Shown here: positions 8,746 to 22,626 of the stretch, piece after piece | Numbering within the stretch: the first letter of the stretch is position 1 | Layout of the letters: each line of letters starts with the position of its first letter | Position numbers and translations under genes: made by a program | The notes under the pieces: generated by a model | The model's database searches: none | Told to the model about the DNA's origin: nothing | What the model saw: only the letters and a program-made list of their open reading frames with translations | From: an uncultured Chloroflexia bacterium | GTDB taxonomy: Bacteria > Chloroflexota > Limnocylindria > QHBO01 | DNA: 64,000 nucleotides | Direction of reading: 5' to 3' | Assembly (NCBI GenBank): GCA_963704115.1 | Contig: CAVPGY010000007.1 | Location: 120,142-184,141 of the forward strand

Positions 8746-8885
8746 CCACCTCGTGACCCTGGGACGGCGCCTCGGCGCCCGGCGCCCGCGACGTGCACGC
8801 AGGCACTGGAACGCGGGCGGTAGCATCGGTTGATGCCGCAGCCGAGCGTACCGTCAAGCGTCGCTGAACCCAGGGCGCAGGCCTG

Positions 8886-10174
8886 ATGCCCAGCGCTGCC
8901 CGGGCAGTCCAGCGAACGTACCTCGTGCTGACGCTGCTGACGACGCTCGCCGCCTCGTTCATCTGGGGCGTGAACACGCTCTTCCTGCTCGACGCCGGGC
9001 TGAGCAACGCGGAGGCATTCGCGGCCAACGCGTTCTTCGCCGCCGGCCAGGTGATCTTCGAGATCCCGACCGGCGTGGTGGCCGATACGCGCGGGCGTCG
9101 GTTCAGCTTCATCCTCGGCGCGGCGACGCTCCTCGCGTCCACGCTGCTCTACCTCGTGATGTGGCAGATCCAGGCGCCGTTCATCGGCTGGGCGCTGTCG
9201 TCGGCGCTGCTCGGCCTGGGCTTCACGTTCTTCTCCGGCGCCACCGAGGCGTGGCTCGTGGACGCGCTGACCGAGACGGGCTACGAGGGCGACCTGGAGA
9301 CGGTGTTCGGCCGCGCCCAGGTCGTCGGCGGTGGCGCGATGCTCGTCGGATCGGTCGCTCGGTGGCTTCGTCGCCCAGCTCACCGACCTGGGGATGCCGT
9401 ACATCGTGCGCGCGGCGCTGCTCGGGCTCACGCTGGTGGTGGCATGGGCGTTCATGCGCGACATCGGCTTCACGCCGGACAGGTCCGCCTCGCCGATCCG
9501 GGCCGTGCGCACCGTCATCGACGGTGCGGTGGACGGCGGCCTGCGCAACCGCCCGGTCCGCTGGCTGATGTTCGCCGCGCCGTTCACCACGGGCGTCGGC
9601 TTCTACGCGTTCTACGCGCTCCAGCCGTACCTGCTGGAGCTGTTCGGCGACCCCGACGCCTACGGCATCGCGGGGCTCGCCGCGGCCATCGTGGCCGGCA
9701 CGCAGATGATCGGCGGCTGGTCGGTGCGCTGGGTGCGCCGCTGGTTCTCCCGACGGACCGACGCCATGCTCGTGCTGGCCGTCGTCGGCGTCGCGGCGCT
9801 CGTGCTGCTCGGGCGTCATGCCCCTGTTCGTGGTGGCGGTGGTGCTGCTCGTGCTCTGGGCGCTGGCATCGGCCATCGAGGAGCCGATCCGTCGCGCGTT
9901 CCTCAACGCGCTGATCCCCTCGCAGCAGCGCGCGACGGTGCTCTCGTTCGACTCACTCATCGGGTCGGCCGGCGGCGTGGTGATCCAGCCGGCCCTGGGC
10001 CGCGTCGCCGACCTCAACGGCTACGCCGCCTCGTACCTGGTGGGCGGCGCGGTCCAGGCCCTCGCGATCCCGTTCATCTTCCTGGCTCGACGCGAGCGGG
10101 CGCATTCCGACCCGATCTTCGTCGAGCCTCCCGAGCCTCCCGAGCCTCCCGAGCCACTCGACGCCGATACATGA
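8886..10174 (+). pseudogene. MFS transporter interrupted by 2 frameshifts (near 9350 and 9820)
   Basis: Three consecutive frames (ORFs 8886.., 9331.., 9818..) read through one MFS protein: TM1-6 MPSAARAVQRTYLVLTLL..; the middle GFVAQLTDLGMPYIVRAALLGLTLVV..; the C-terminus MPLFVVAVVLLVLWALASAIEEPIRRAFLNALIPSQQRATVLSFDSLIGSAGG.. Confidence 0.7.
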
Positions 10175-10204
10175 GGCGCGGGTGCGCACGAGAGGGCTCT
10201 CGTG

Positions 10205-10345
10205 CAGCACCCGGCCGATAGATCGGGCACGGCGACGCGGGAGGACCTGGGTCGAGCAATGCACGCGTCGTGCTGCCCGATCTATCGGGCGCGGAGACGA
10301 CCCACAACGCCTCGAGCGCTCCCCGGCCCGATAGATCGGCGAGCC
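10205..10345. repeat. Family A repeat locus 2: three copies of the palindromic core in alternating orientation (about 10213 reverse, 10272 forward, 10328 reverse), spaced 56-59 bp
   Basis: gccgatagatcgggcac / tgcccgatctatcgggcgc / gcccgatagatcggcgag read directly. The locus sits between two convergent genes (MFS end 10174, MetE-like end 10375), an arrangement typical of REP/BIME-like elements. Confidence 0.8.
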
Positions 10346-10374
10346 GTGCTGCGCCGGCGCGTGGCGGTCGAGCG

Positions 10375-11436
10375 CTAGCGGGAGCCCACGGCCGCACCCT
10401 GCACGATGGCGCGGTGCAGGTCCAGCAGGCCCGGCACCTCCACACGCTCCGCACGCGCCATCCCGCACTCGGTGCACACTCCCCACCGCCGGTCGCGCAG
10501 CTGCGCGTCGATGAGCTCGATCTGGGCCTCGGTGGTGCCCGCCTCCTGCCGTTCCGGGTGATACGGCACGAGTGCGAAGGCGATGTCGGTCTCCGCCGGC
10601 ACGCGCAGGTCGGCGAGGGCCGCGAAGTACGCGGGGTCACGCTGGTACTGCGGGACGGTGAAGGCGAACCAGGCGATCGGTCGGGATGCATCGGCGACCA
10701 GGCGGTTGGCGACGCGCACCTGGAGCTCGAGCGACTCGGGCTCGCGGAAGTGCTGATGCTGGTAGTCCCCGTAGCAGAGGTGGAGGCCGACCGGGACGTC
10801 GGCCGGGACCTCGTCCACGGCCGCGACGAGCCGCCCGACGACCGCCTCGAAGTCCTGGTTCGCCGTGGCCGGGAACGAGCCGACGAGGATCCCGAACTCG
10901 ACGGCCACGTCCCATTGGACGGCGATCTGGTCGTGCGGCAGGGCGTCGAGGACACGGTGGAGATCGGCGAACAGGGCCCGCGTGTACGAGGGCTCGAGCC
11001 GATCCTGGTCCTCGTCCACGACCCAGCTGTTGATGCTGGCCAGCGGGGTCGGGTACTGGACCTGGAACCGGGTCCCTGCGGGGATCACACCCTCGTCGCG
11101 GAGGCGACGGAACGTGTCCCAGCTCGCGAGGTACGCATCGGCATACCCGAGATCCGGCCAGTCGATGGCGTCAGGATCGGTTCCCTCCGCCAGGCGCACC
11201 CTCGGCATCTGGGTGTAGGCGCCGCCGGCCGGCATGTCGACGACGCCCGCCTGCTCCAGACCGGGCGTCGCCCAGAATCGCTGGAGCTGGAAGAAGATCC
11301 AGCCCTGCCGATCGCCGGTCTCGCCGTCGGAGTAGCGGGGCGCCAATGGACCGATGCGCTCGCCGAGCTCGCGGAAGACCGTCTCGGTGTCGGGCAGGTT
11401 GATGCTGCCATTGAGGTGAGCGAACGTGGGTGGCAA
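10375..11436 (-). CDS. UROD/MetE-like superfamily protein (cobalamin-independent methionine-synthase-like, single-domain)
   Basis: 353 aa with Zn-ligand-like spacing as in the MetE C-terminal domain (..LHLCYGDYQH.., ..CTECGMA..). The family assignment is tentative. Confidence 0.55.
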   Translation of the reverse strand: MPPTFAHLNGSINLPDTETVFRELGERIGPLAPRYSDGETGDRQGWIFFQLQRFWATPGLEQAGVVDMPAGGAYTQMPRVRLAEGTDPDAIDWPDLGYADAYLASWDTFRRLRDEGVIPAGTRFQVQYPTPLASINSWVVDEDQDRLEPSYTRALFADLHRVLDALPHDQIAVQWDVAVEFGILVGSFPATANQDFEAVVGRLVAAVDEVPADVPVGLHLCYGDYQHQHFREPESLELQVRVANRLVADASRPIAWFAFTVPQYQRDPAYFAALADLRVPAETDIAFALVPYHPERQEAGTTEAQIELIDAQLRDRRWGVCTECGMARAERVEVPGLLDLHRAIVQGAAVGSR

Positions 11437-11621
11437 CGCAAGCCTCCTTGCCTATCGCACCTGGCGGGGGCACCGCTTCCGTCGTGAGGACGATCGGGTC
11501 GGTTGCCGGGCCGTCGACGAGCCAGGACTCTCGGGCCACTCTGGATAGGTGTCGTCGTGACGACCGCCGGAATGTACCACGACCGCCTCGCTCAGGCACG
11601 CGGGATGCTTCATCGAGAGGC

Positions 11622-12521
11622 ATGACCACCACCGAACGTCCGCAGGACCCCCGCACCCAGCACGCGGAGCCACCGTTCCCGAAGCAGCAGCAGGAGCCGC
11701 CGGGCACCGAGGCCGACCTCCGGCCGACGGCCGATCACGGCGAGGAGACCTACCGCGGCAGCGGACGCCTCACCGACCGCGTGGCGCTGATCACCGGCGG
11801 CGACTCCGGCATCGGCAAGGCAGTCGCTATCGCCTTCGCCCGGGAGGGGGCGGACGTGGTCATCAACTACCTCGGCGCCGCCGAGGACGAGGACGCGGCT
11901 GATACCGTCCGCTGGGTGGAGAAGGCCGGCCGCCGGGGAATCGCTGTCCGCGGCGACATCCAGGACCCGGAGCTCTGCGTCGCCCTGGTCGAGCGCACCG
12001 TGGACGAGCTCGGCAATCTCGACATCCTCGTCAACAACGCCGCCTGGCAGGACTGCGGCGATCGTATCGAGGAGATGACGACCGAGGAGTGGCGGCGGAT
12101 CTTCGCCACCAACATCGAGGCGATGTTCCACCTGTCGAAGGCCGCCATCCCGCGCATGCGCGAGGGGGGCACGATTCTCAACACCGCCTCGATCCAGGCC
12201 TACTCGCCCTCTCCGGAGCTGCTCCCCTATTCGGCCACGAAGGGCGCGATCGTCACCTTCACCAAGGGGCTCGCCCAGGACCCGGGCATCCTCGAGCGCG
12301 GCCTGCGCGTGAACGCGGTGGCCCCGGGACCGATCTGGACGCCGCTCATCCCATCAACGATGCCGGCCGAGAAGGCCGCGACGTTCGGCGAGAACACGCC
12401 CCTCGGGCGAGCCGGGCAGCCTGCCGAGCTGGCCCCGATCTACGTGTTCCTCGCCTCGCAGGAGTCCAGCTACATCACGGGTGAGGTCATCGGCGTCACG
12501 GGTGGTCGTCCGCTGGGCTGA
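11622..12521 (+). CDS. SDR-family oxidoreductase (YghA/YhdF-like)
   Basis: TGGDSGIGKAVAIAFAREGADVV (Rossmann), NNAA, and a YSATKGAIVTFTKGLA catalytic YxxxK. ATG at 11622 with a GAGAGG RBS. Confidence 0.85.
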   Translation: MTTTERPQDPRTQHAEPPFPKQQQEPPGTEADLRPTADHGEETYRGSGRLTDRVALITGGDSGIGKAVAIAFAREGADVVINYLGAAEDEDAADTVRWVEKAGRRGIAVRGDIQDPELCVALVERTVDELGNLDILVNNAAWQDCGDRIEEMTTEEWRRIFATNIEAMFHLSKAAIPRMREGGTILNTASIQAYSPSPELLPYSATKGAIVTFTKGLAQDPGILERGLRVNAVAPGPIWTPLIPSTMPAEKAATFGENTPLGRAGQPAELAPIYVFLASQESSYITGEVIGVTGGRPLG

Positions 12522-12526
12522 TCGCC

Positions 12527-13626
12527 TCAGGCCGGGACCTCGGGCCAGTGGATGGCGTCGAGCCGGCAGCGCGTGACGCACAGCCCGCAGCGTTCGCACG
12601 TCTCCCCGTCGAGCGCGGCGCGGCCGTCGACGAGGTGGATCGCACCGTAGACGCAGGCAGTCACGCAGACGCCACAGCCGTTGCAGGCCTCCGGGTCGAT
12701 GATCGGCGGGGCAGCCGGCCGGCGGGCCAGGCGCGGGTGAGCGACATCCCGGTGAGCTCCCGCGCAGTGGCGTACCCGTGCGCGTCGAGCCACGTCTCGA
12801 GCTCGCTGCGCGAGCTTACCGAAGACCGACGGACCACGAAGGATGGCGGCGGTGCAGACGCCGACCGCCGAGGCCCCGGCCATCAGCATCTCGACGACGT
12901 CGGTGCCGCGGGTCACGCCGCCCACGCCGATGACCGGCAGGTCCATCGCGCGGGCGACGTCGCGGACGCATCGGAGGGCGAGTGGCTTGAGCGCCGGCCC
13001 GCTGATCCAGCCGTGGCCGTTCGGGCCGCCGAGCCGCGGCAGCGCCGTCTCGATGTCGATCGACAGCACCGGGCCGAACGAGTTGATCGCCACCAGCGCC
13101 GTCGGCGCCCGCGTCGGCCGCGAGCCGCGCCGCGTCGGCCCATGTCCTGGCCGTGCGGGCTGAGCTTCACGAGCACCGGCACGTCGAGGGCGGCCTTGGC
13201 CGCGCGGAGCGGCGCCCACCATCGGCTCCGGGTCCTCGCCGATGTAGTGGGTCGACAGCTCGACCGCATCGGCGAACGGGGCGACCTTCGGCGCCAGCTC
13301 GGCGATCTCCGCCGCCGGTGTAGCCGAGGCTGACGATGAGCGGCAGCCCGGCAGTGCGCGCCAGTGCGTACTCGGTCTCGAGCCACTGCTCGGGCGGCAG
13401 CTCGGACCACAGCTCGGTGTTGACGAAGTCGTGGCCGGATCTCGGCCATGTTCGGCGTCGGCGGCTCGGCGGCGCGGGTCGAGATCGTCTTGGCCACGAG
13501 CGCCGCCGGCGCCGCCCTCGGCACAGGCCAGCGATCGCCGGCGCCGTCGCGGACCGGCGGCCCGGCGGCCGGCAGGATCGGGTTGCGGAAGCGGAGGCCG
13601 CAGACCTCAACCGAGAGATCGGCCAT
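12527..13626 (-). pseudogene. PreA-like dihydropyrimidine/dihydroorotate dehydrogenase-family protein with C-terminal 2x[4Fe-4S] ferredoxin domain, multiply frameshifted
   Basis: N-terminus MADLSVEVCGLRFRNPILPAAGPP.., middle FVNTELWSELPPEQW..LPLIVSLGYT and AAKAALDVPVLVKLSPH lie in different frames. The last 231 aa are intact (INSFGPV..VIGVGGV..CNGCGVCVTAC..CERCGLCVTRC). Confidence 0.65.
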
Positions 13627-13639
13627 CATCCGGCCTCCG

Positions 13640-15030
13640 ATCGTCGTGGCCAGCAGCCGGGACGGGCTGAACGGATGCGCCCCGATCTCGTCCAGGCGCG
13701 CCCACAGCCGTACCGCCTGCACGTTGGCGTCGGCGAGCAGCTCGGCCTCGTCGACCCGGGTCAGCGCGCGGTCGCGGACGACCAGCTCGCCGTCGACCAT
13801 GACGTCGCGTACCGCCGCGGCCGCGACGCCGAAGATCCAGTGCGCGGCCAGCGTGGATGCGTCGAGCGGCGTCGGAGCGGCGGTAGATCGAGGACCACGA
13901 GGTCGGCCGGCGCGCCGGGCTCGAGTGCGGCCGAGGAGCGGCTCGGCGAAGGCACGTCCCACGATGCCGGCGCCGGCGGCCAGCCGTGCGAGCGCCCAGT
14001 CGCGGCCCGGTCCCGAGCTCCTCCTCGCGGCGCCGCAGGAAGCGCGCTCCGGGACTCCTCGAACAGGTCGCCGCCGATGCCGTCGGTGCCGAGCGCCACG
14101 CGCTCCGCCGAGCCAGCCGAGCGGCGGCCGGCCCACGCCGTTGTTCATGTTCGAGCGCGGGTTGTGGACGACGGTCGACCCGCGCTCGACCGGATCAGCG
14201 CCGCCTCGGCCGGGTCGAGGTGCACGCCGTGCGCCAGCACCGCGCGGTCGTCCAGCGCGCGCGGCCGCCAGGCGCTGCACCACGCGACCGCCGGTGCGCG
14301 CGACCGGCGTCGGCCTCGTCCACCGCGTCCTCGGCCACGTGGATGTGCAGGCCGGTGCCCGTCCGCCCCGCCAGGGCGGCACACGCGGCCAGCGTTGTCG
14401 TCGGACGAGGGTGAACGACGCGTGCGCGCCGACCATGCCGCGCGCCAGCGGATAGCCGCGCTCCGCGCATCGGCGCAGGAAGCGCGCGTTCTCGGCGAGG
14501 CCGGCGGCGGCGCGCTCCGGCCCGTCGCGATCGGTCACCTCGTAGGCCAGCACCGATCGGAGCCCGAGCTCGCCGAAGGCCTCGGCGATGACGTCGCAGC
14601 GAGCCGTCGATGGCGTTCGGCGAGGCGTGGTGGTCGACGAGGGTCGTGGTGCCGGCCAGCAGCGCCTCGCGAGCGGCGACGAGCGCCGAGGCCCGGACGC
14701 ATCGGCCCGTCGAGTGCCCGGTCGAGCCGCCACCAGACGCGCTGGAGGATCTCGAGGAAGCTGCGTCGGCGGCGCCAGGCGATAGGGCATGCCGCGCGCG
14801 AGGGCCGAGTACGCGTGCGTGTGCGCGTTGACGTTGCCCGGGATCACGAGACAGCCCGTGGCAGTCGCGCGTCGGGATCGCCCGTCCCCAGATCCGGGCC
14901 GAGCGCGGCGATCCGGCCATCGCGGACATGGAGATCCGCGCGCTCGACGATCGGCGGATCGAGCGAGCGGACGACGGTCGCCCCGGTGAGCACCACGTTC
15001 ATGTCGCGACCTCCTCAGCACGCCGCCGCT
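13640..15030 (-). pseudogene. SsnA-like amidohydrolase (chlorohydrolase/deaminase family), multiply frameshifted
   Basis: GCLVIPGNVNAHTHAYSALARGMP (metal-binding HxH), GLRSVLAYEVTDRDG..GAHASFTL, GSTVVHNPRSNMNNGVG, LAGTTTLVDHHASPNAIDGSL, LHIHVAEDAVDE and a C-terminal DVMVDGELVVRDRALTRVDEAEL are spread over three frames. Confidence 0.6.
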
Positions 15031-17636
15031 GGCCGAGCGGGCGAGCCGCGGGACCGCGGCCCGCGCGGCCGTGCAGTCGGACATCGGGAGGCTGGCGCCG
15101 CCGGATGCCGTCGAACGCGTGCAGGGCGCCGGCCACTGCGGCCGCGGTCGGGACGAGGACGGCCTCGCCGGCGCCCTTCGCCCCGTACGGGCCTTCCGGC
15201 TGGTGCTCCTCGACGAGGATCGTCTCGACCTCGGGCATGCCCGCGGCCGGGATGATGTTCGAGCGACTTGAGCGTCTCGGTGCTGCGGCCGGCCATCGGC
15301 CATGGCGAACTCCTCGCTCAGGGCGTAGCCGAGCCCCATGTGCACGCCGCCCTCGATCTGACCCTCGACCGGATCTGCGGGTTGATCGCGCGCCCGACGT
15401 CCTGCGCCGCGACGACGCGCTGCAGCCGTCCCTCGTCGTCGAGGATCACGACCTGCGTCGCCCAGCCGTAGCGCGATGTGCGTCAGCGGATCGGGGATGC
15501 CTCGGGCCGAGCGGCGTCGTCCAGTCGACCATGAACTCGCCGGCGAACTCCCGTCCGGTGAGCTCCTCCAGCGCCGATCCCTGGAGCGCCTCGCAGAGCG
15601 ACAGCGGCCGCGCGCTCGGCACGGCCTGGCCGCCGAGCAGGGTGGCGCGCGAGGCGGTCGTCTCGCCGGTGTCGAGCTCGCGCTCGGTATCGACCACCAC
15701 GTCGATCCGCTCGGCGGCAATGCCGAGCTCCTGCGGCGACGATCTGGCGCAGCGCGGTATGGATGCCCTGGCCCATCTCGGTCCACGAGTGGAACAGCGT
15801 GACGCGAGCCGTCGGCCCCGGGCGCATGATCGCCCGACCGTGCTCGATCAGCGCCGTTGCCGATGCCGGTGTTCTTGGCCCCACAGGCGATGCCGGCGTA
15901 GCGGGCCGACACGATAGGCGTCGCGCACCGCCAGCAGCGTCTCCTTGAGCCCGACGCCCGGGCCGAGCAGCTGGCCGGTGCCGAAGCGGTCACCGCGTCT
16001 CGAGCGCGTTGCGCCAGCGAATCTCCCAGCCGTCGAGACCGACGCGTTCGGCGAGCACGTCGAGCAGGCCCTCGATGCGCGAACGTCACCTGCGGGACGC
16101 CGAAGCCGCGCATCGCGCCGCACGGCGGGTTGTTCGTGTAGACGGCGCGCGCCTCGACGTCGACGTTGGCGACCCGGTACGCGCCGCAGGCATGCCCGGC
16201 GGCTCGCTCGAGCACCTTCGCGCCCACGCTGGCGTACGCGCCGGTGTCGCCGACGATCCGCGCACCGGACGGCGCAGCAGGCGCCCGTCGGCGTCGCAGC
16301 CGACGGTGTATTCGATCGTCATCGGGTGACGCTTCGGATGGAACCGGAGCGACTCAGGTCGCGTGAGGCGCAGCAGCACCGGCCGGCCGGTGTCCAGCGC
16401 GAGCAGCGCCGCCTGTGCCTGGACGCTCAGGTCCTCCTTGCCGCCGAAGGCTCCGCCGGTGGCCACCTGGGTGACGCGAACCGCCGTCTCGGGCAGTCCC
16501 AGCAGCGCCGCGATCTGGCGACGATCCTCCCAGGCCCCCTGGCCCTGCGAATAGACGCGCAGACGCCGTCCTTCGGGACCGCGAGCGCTGCCTCCGGCTC
16601 GAGGAAGGCGTGCTCGATGCGCTGTGTGCGTGAAGGTGTCGCTCACCACGTGCGCGGCGGCGGCGAGGGCGGCATCGACGTCACCGCGCCGGACGACCGA
16701 GGTCGAGAGGAGGTTGCCGCCGGGATGCAGCGGCGGCGCGTCGGGCGCCAGGGCCGCCAGCGGGTCGCTGATCGGCTCGAGGACGTCGTAGTCCACCTCG
16801 ATGAGCTGCGGCGGCCTCGCGCGCCGCGTCGCGCGTGTCGGCAGCCACCGCCGGCCAGCACGTCGCCGACGTAGCGCGTCGTCTCGCCCTCGGCGACGAA
16901 CACCGGCCAGTCGGGCGTGATGAGGCCACGAGAACCGATCGCCGGGGACGTCGCGCCAGGTGACGACCCGGATGACGCCCGGATGCCGTTCCGCGGCGCT
17001 CGTGTCGATGCGCCGCACGACCGCGCGCGGATGGTCGGAGAAGCGCATCGCGCCGTGCAGCATGCCCGGGGCCCGGAGATCCGCGACGAACGGCCGCTCA
17101 CCGAGCACCTGCTCGCGGCCCTCGTAGCGGGGTGCCGGCGCTCCGATCTCGTCCGCGGACGCGGATGCGGCCGGCGCGGCGCCAGCCCTGGCTTCGGCCA
17201 CGCCCCGAATCGCGTCGATGATCTTGATGTACCCGGTGCAGCGGCAGAGGTTGCCGGCCAGCGCCTTCGCCACCTCGTCGCGGCTCGGCTCCGCGTTGCG
17301 GGCGAGCAGCGCCTCCGCCTTCATGACGATCCCGGGCGAGCAGAAGCCGCATTGCGACGCGCCGGCGGCGACGAACGCCTGGGCCCAGGCCGCGCGGGTC
17401 TCGTCGGGCAGGCCCTCCAGCGTGAGAATCTCGCGGTCCTCGAATCGAACGGCGGGCTGCGCACACGAGACGACGGCGCGCCCGTCGACGATCACCGTGC
17501 AGGCCCCGCACGAGCCCTCGGGCGCGCAGCCGTCCTTCATCGAGCGCAGGCCGCATTCGTCGCGCAGCAGGTCGAGCAGGCTGGCGCCCGGCCTCGCGGA
17601 GGCCGCGGTGTGCCGTCCGTTGAGCGTCAGCCGCAT
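15030..17636 (-). pseudogene. Xanthine dehydrogenase / aldehyde oxidoreductase family protein with [2Fe-2S] N-terminal domain fused to the molybdopterin subunit (XdhD/CoxSL-like), with at least 8 frameshifts
   Basis: The first ~200 aa are intact (CGACTVIVDGRAVVSCAQP..ASQCGFCSPGIVMKAEALL..NLCRCTGYIKII, then GAPAPRYEGREQVLGERPFVADLRAPGMLHGAMRFS). The Mo domain is in alternating frames (DWPVFVAEGETTRYVGDVLA; AVAADTRDAAREAA; LIEVDYDVLEPISDPLAAL; VATGGAFGGKEDLSVQAQAALLALDTGRPVLLRLTRPESLRFHPKRHPM; YTNNPPCGAMRGFGVPQVTFA; VEGQIEGGVHMGLGYALSEE). Confidence 0.65.
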
Positions 17637-17868
17637 TCGGTCGCCTGTTCCCGGTCCGAGGGGCCATGTGGCCCTGTCGGGACCGCCTCTCCGGTCCCGA
17701 CTCTGGCCATGGGCGCGCCGTGGAGCGCGTGCCGTTGGTCCCGACCTCGTGGGCCTTCGGACCCAACGGAGTACGACGCATGCAACGACCCGGCCTGGCT
17801 ACCGAGGTGGTGGACGCATCGGTCTACGCAGCGGGCGGTACAGCGCTTCCGCGAGCAGCGCGATCGTC

Positions 17869-20662
<2,794 letters not shown>

Positions 20663-20666
<4 letters not shown>

Positions 20667-21616
20667 GAAGCTTCATCGGACGCGACATCCTCAGCCTGAA
20701 GGACTTCAGCCGGGAGGACTACTTCCGCGTCTTCGAGGTCGCCAACGAGCTGCGTCCGTACGCGCGCGATCGCCGCAACGGCGATCTGCTCAAGCACAAG
20801 ACCCTGCTGACGGCCTTCTATCAGCCATCGACGCGCACGCGCCTGTCGACCGAGGCGGCGATGCATCGGCTCGGCGGCGCGGTCCTCGGCTTCAGCGACG
20901 CGAAGATGACGCGCGCCGGCGACTTCTACCAGGAGTCGCTCAAGGACACCTTCCGCATGCTGGAGTCGTACGGCGACGTCATCGCCATCCGGCACTTCAC
21001 GGAGGGCGCGCCAGCCGAGGCGGCGAAGTGGTCGTCGGTCCCGATCATCAACTGTGGCGACGGCTGGGGCCAGCATCCGACCCAGGTGCTCACCGACCTG
21101 TACACGATCCTCCTGGAGCGCGGGACGCTCGACGGCCTGACGTACCTGCTGGTCGGCGACATGCGGATGCGCACGATGCACTCCATCCTCCACGCGCTCT
21201 CCCAGTTCGACGCGGAGGCGATCGTCGTCTCGCCGCCGGAGATGGCGCTCAAGCCCGAGTTCATGGCCGAGCTGGATGCGATGAGCGTCGCCTATCGCGT
21301 GGCGGAGGCCGTACCGGAGGTGATCGGCGAGGCGGACATCATCTACATGGAGCCGGTCGTCCAGGCCGACTACACCCAGTCGCGCGTGGAGCGCGGCGAC
21401 GACGTCGCGCGCACGCCGGCCGCGTACCGGGTGACGGCGCAGCTCCTGCGCGAGAAGGCGAAGCGCAGCTCGATCGTGCTGCACTCCCTGCCGCGCATGG
21501 ACGAGCTCAGCGCCGACGTCGACGAGACGCGGCACCAGCGCTACTGGGTCGAGGCGGCGAACGGGGTCGTGCTGCGCATGGCGCTGCTCGCCCTCGTCCT
21601 CGGCGCGGCCGAGTAG
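20663..21616 (+). CDS. Aspartate/ornithine carbamoyltransferase-family protein, ATCase(PyrB)-like
   Basis: STRTR carbamoyl-phosphate motif (FYQPSTRTRLSTEAAMHRLGG), HPTQ, HSLP and a PyrB-like C-terminus NGVVLRMALLALVLG. 317 aa, intact. Confidence 0.8.
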
Positions 21617-21634
21617 CACGGAAGGAACGAACCG

Positions 21635-22613
21635 ATGCAGACCGGATTGCGCGGACGGGACCTGATCAGCCTGTCCGACTGGACGAGCGAGGAGATCGAC
21701 ACCGTCCTGGAGGTCGCCGCGCACCTGAAGCGGGAGCGGGCGCTGGGCATCCCCCACCCCCTGCTGCGGGACCGCGTGCTGGCGATGCTCTTCTTCTTCA
21801 GCTCGACCCGCACCCGAGCCAGCTTCGAGGCGGGCATGGCCCAGCTCGGCGGGCATGCGCAGTTCATCGAGAGCCGCACGACGCAGATCGCGCACGGCGA
21901 CACCCCGAAGGAGATCGGCGAGATCCTCGGCCGCTACAACGACGGCATCGCCATCCGCCACGTGGACTGGGGCGCCGGCAACGCGTACCTCCGCGCGGTG
22001 GCGGAGGCCTCCCGTGTGCCCGTGCTGAACATGCAGTGCGACCTGTACCACCCGCACCAGATCCTCGCCGACCTGCTGACGATGCGCGAGAAGCTCGGTG
22101 CGCTGCGCGGACGCACGCTGACGATCAGCTGGGCGTACGCCGCCAGCTACCAGAAGCCGATCAGCGTGCCGCAGGACCTGGTGACCGCGGCGACGCGCTT
22201 CGGCATGAACGTCCGCCTCGTCCACCCGCCGGAGTTCCGGCTCATGCCCGAGGTCGTCGACGAGGCGACGCGCGAACGCTCGTCGCTCCGGCGGCTCGCT
22301 GGAGCTGATGGACGACTTCGACGCGGGCTTCCGCGGCACCGACGTGGTCTACGCCAAGAGCTGGGGGGCGCTGCTCACCGCGAAGGACGAGGCCGAGGGC
22401 GCGGAGATCGCGACCCGCTACACCGATTGGATCACCGACGAGCGGCGCATGGCGCTCGCCGCGGACGACGCGATCTTCATGCATCCGCTTCCGGCCGACC
22501 GCAACGTCGAGGTGACCGATGCGGTCATCGACTCGCCGGCCTCGGTCGTCTTCGACGAGGCCGAGAACCGGCTCCATGCGCAGAAGGCCGTCATGGCCCT
22601 GACGATGGGCTGA
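21635..22613 (+). pseudogene. YgeW-like (knotted) carbamoyltransferase of the OTC/ATC superfamily, one frameshift near 22270-22290
   Basis: N-terminal 215 aa in frame (FFFSSTRTRASFEAGMAQLGG, MQCDLYHPHQILADLLTM). The C-terminus continues in the ORF 22308..22613 (DDFDAGFRGTDVVYAKSW..AIFMHPLPADRNVEVTDAVIDSPASVVFDEAENRLHAQKAVMAL). Confidence 0.65.
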
Positions 22614-22626
22614 AAGGGACGAACCG

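Noticed and set aside
6664-8826. A 720-codon minus-strand ORF, plus similar long ORFs at 5366-7048 (-), 233-1312 (+), 1672-2691 (+), 10074-10955 (-) and 13336-15255 (+).
   Set aside because: They lie antisense to, or out of frame with, well-supported genes (FAD oxidase, DUF1905, sigma factor, MOSC, ASCH). They have Arg/Ala/Pro-rich low-complexity composition typical of stop-codon-poor frames in >70% GC DNA and contain no recognisable domains.
12913-16227. A 1104-codon ORF, the longest in the window.
   Set aside because: It is a mosaic. Successive stretches match the C-terminus of an XDH-like protein, an SsnA-like amidohydrolase and the N-terminus/middle of PreA, separated by low-complexity Arg/Ala-rich junk. 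It is therefore one frame running through three frameshifted genes, not a single protein.
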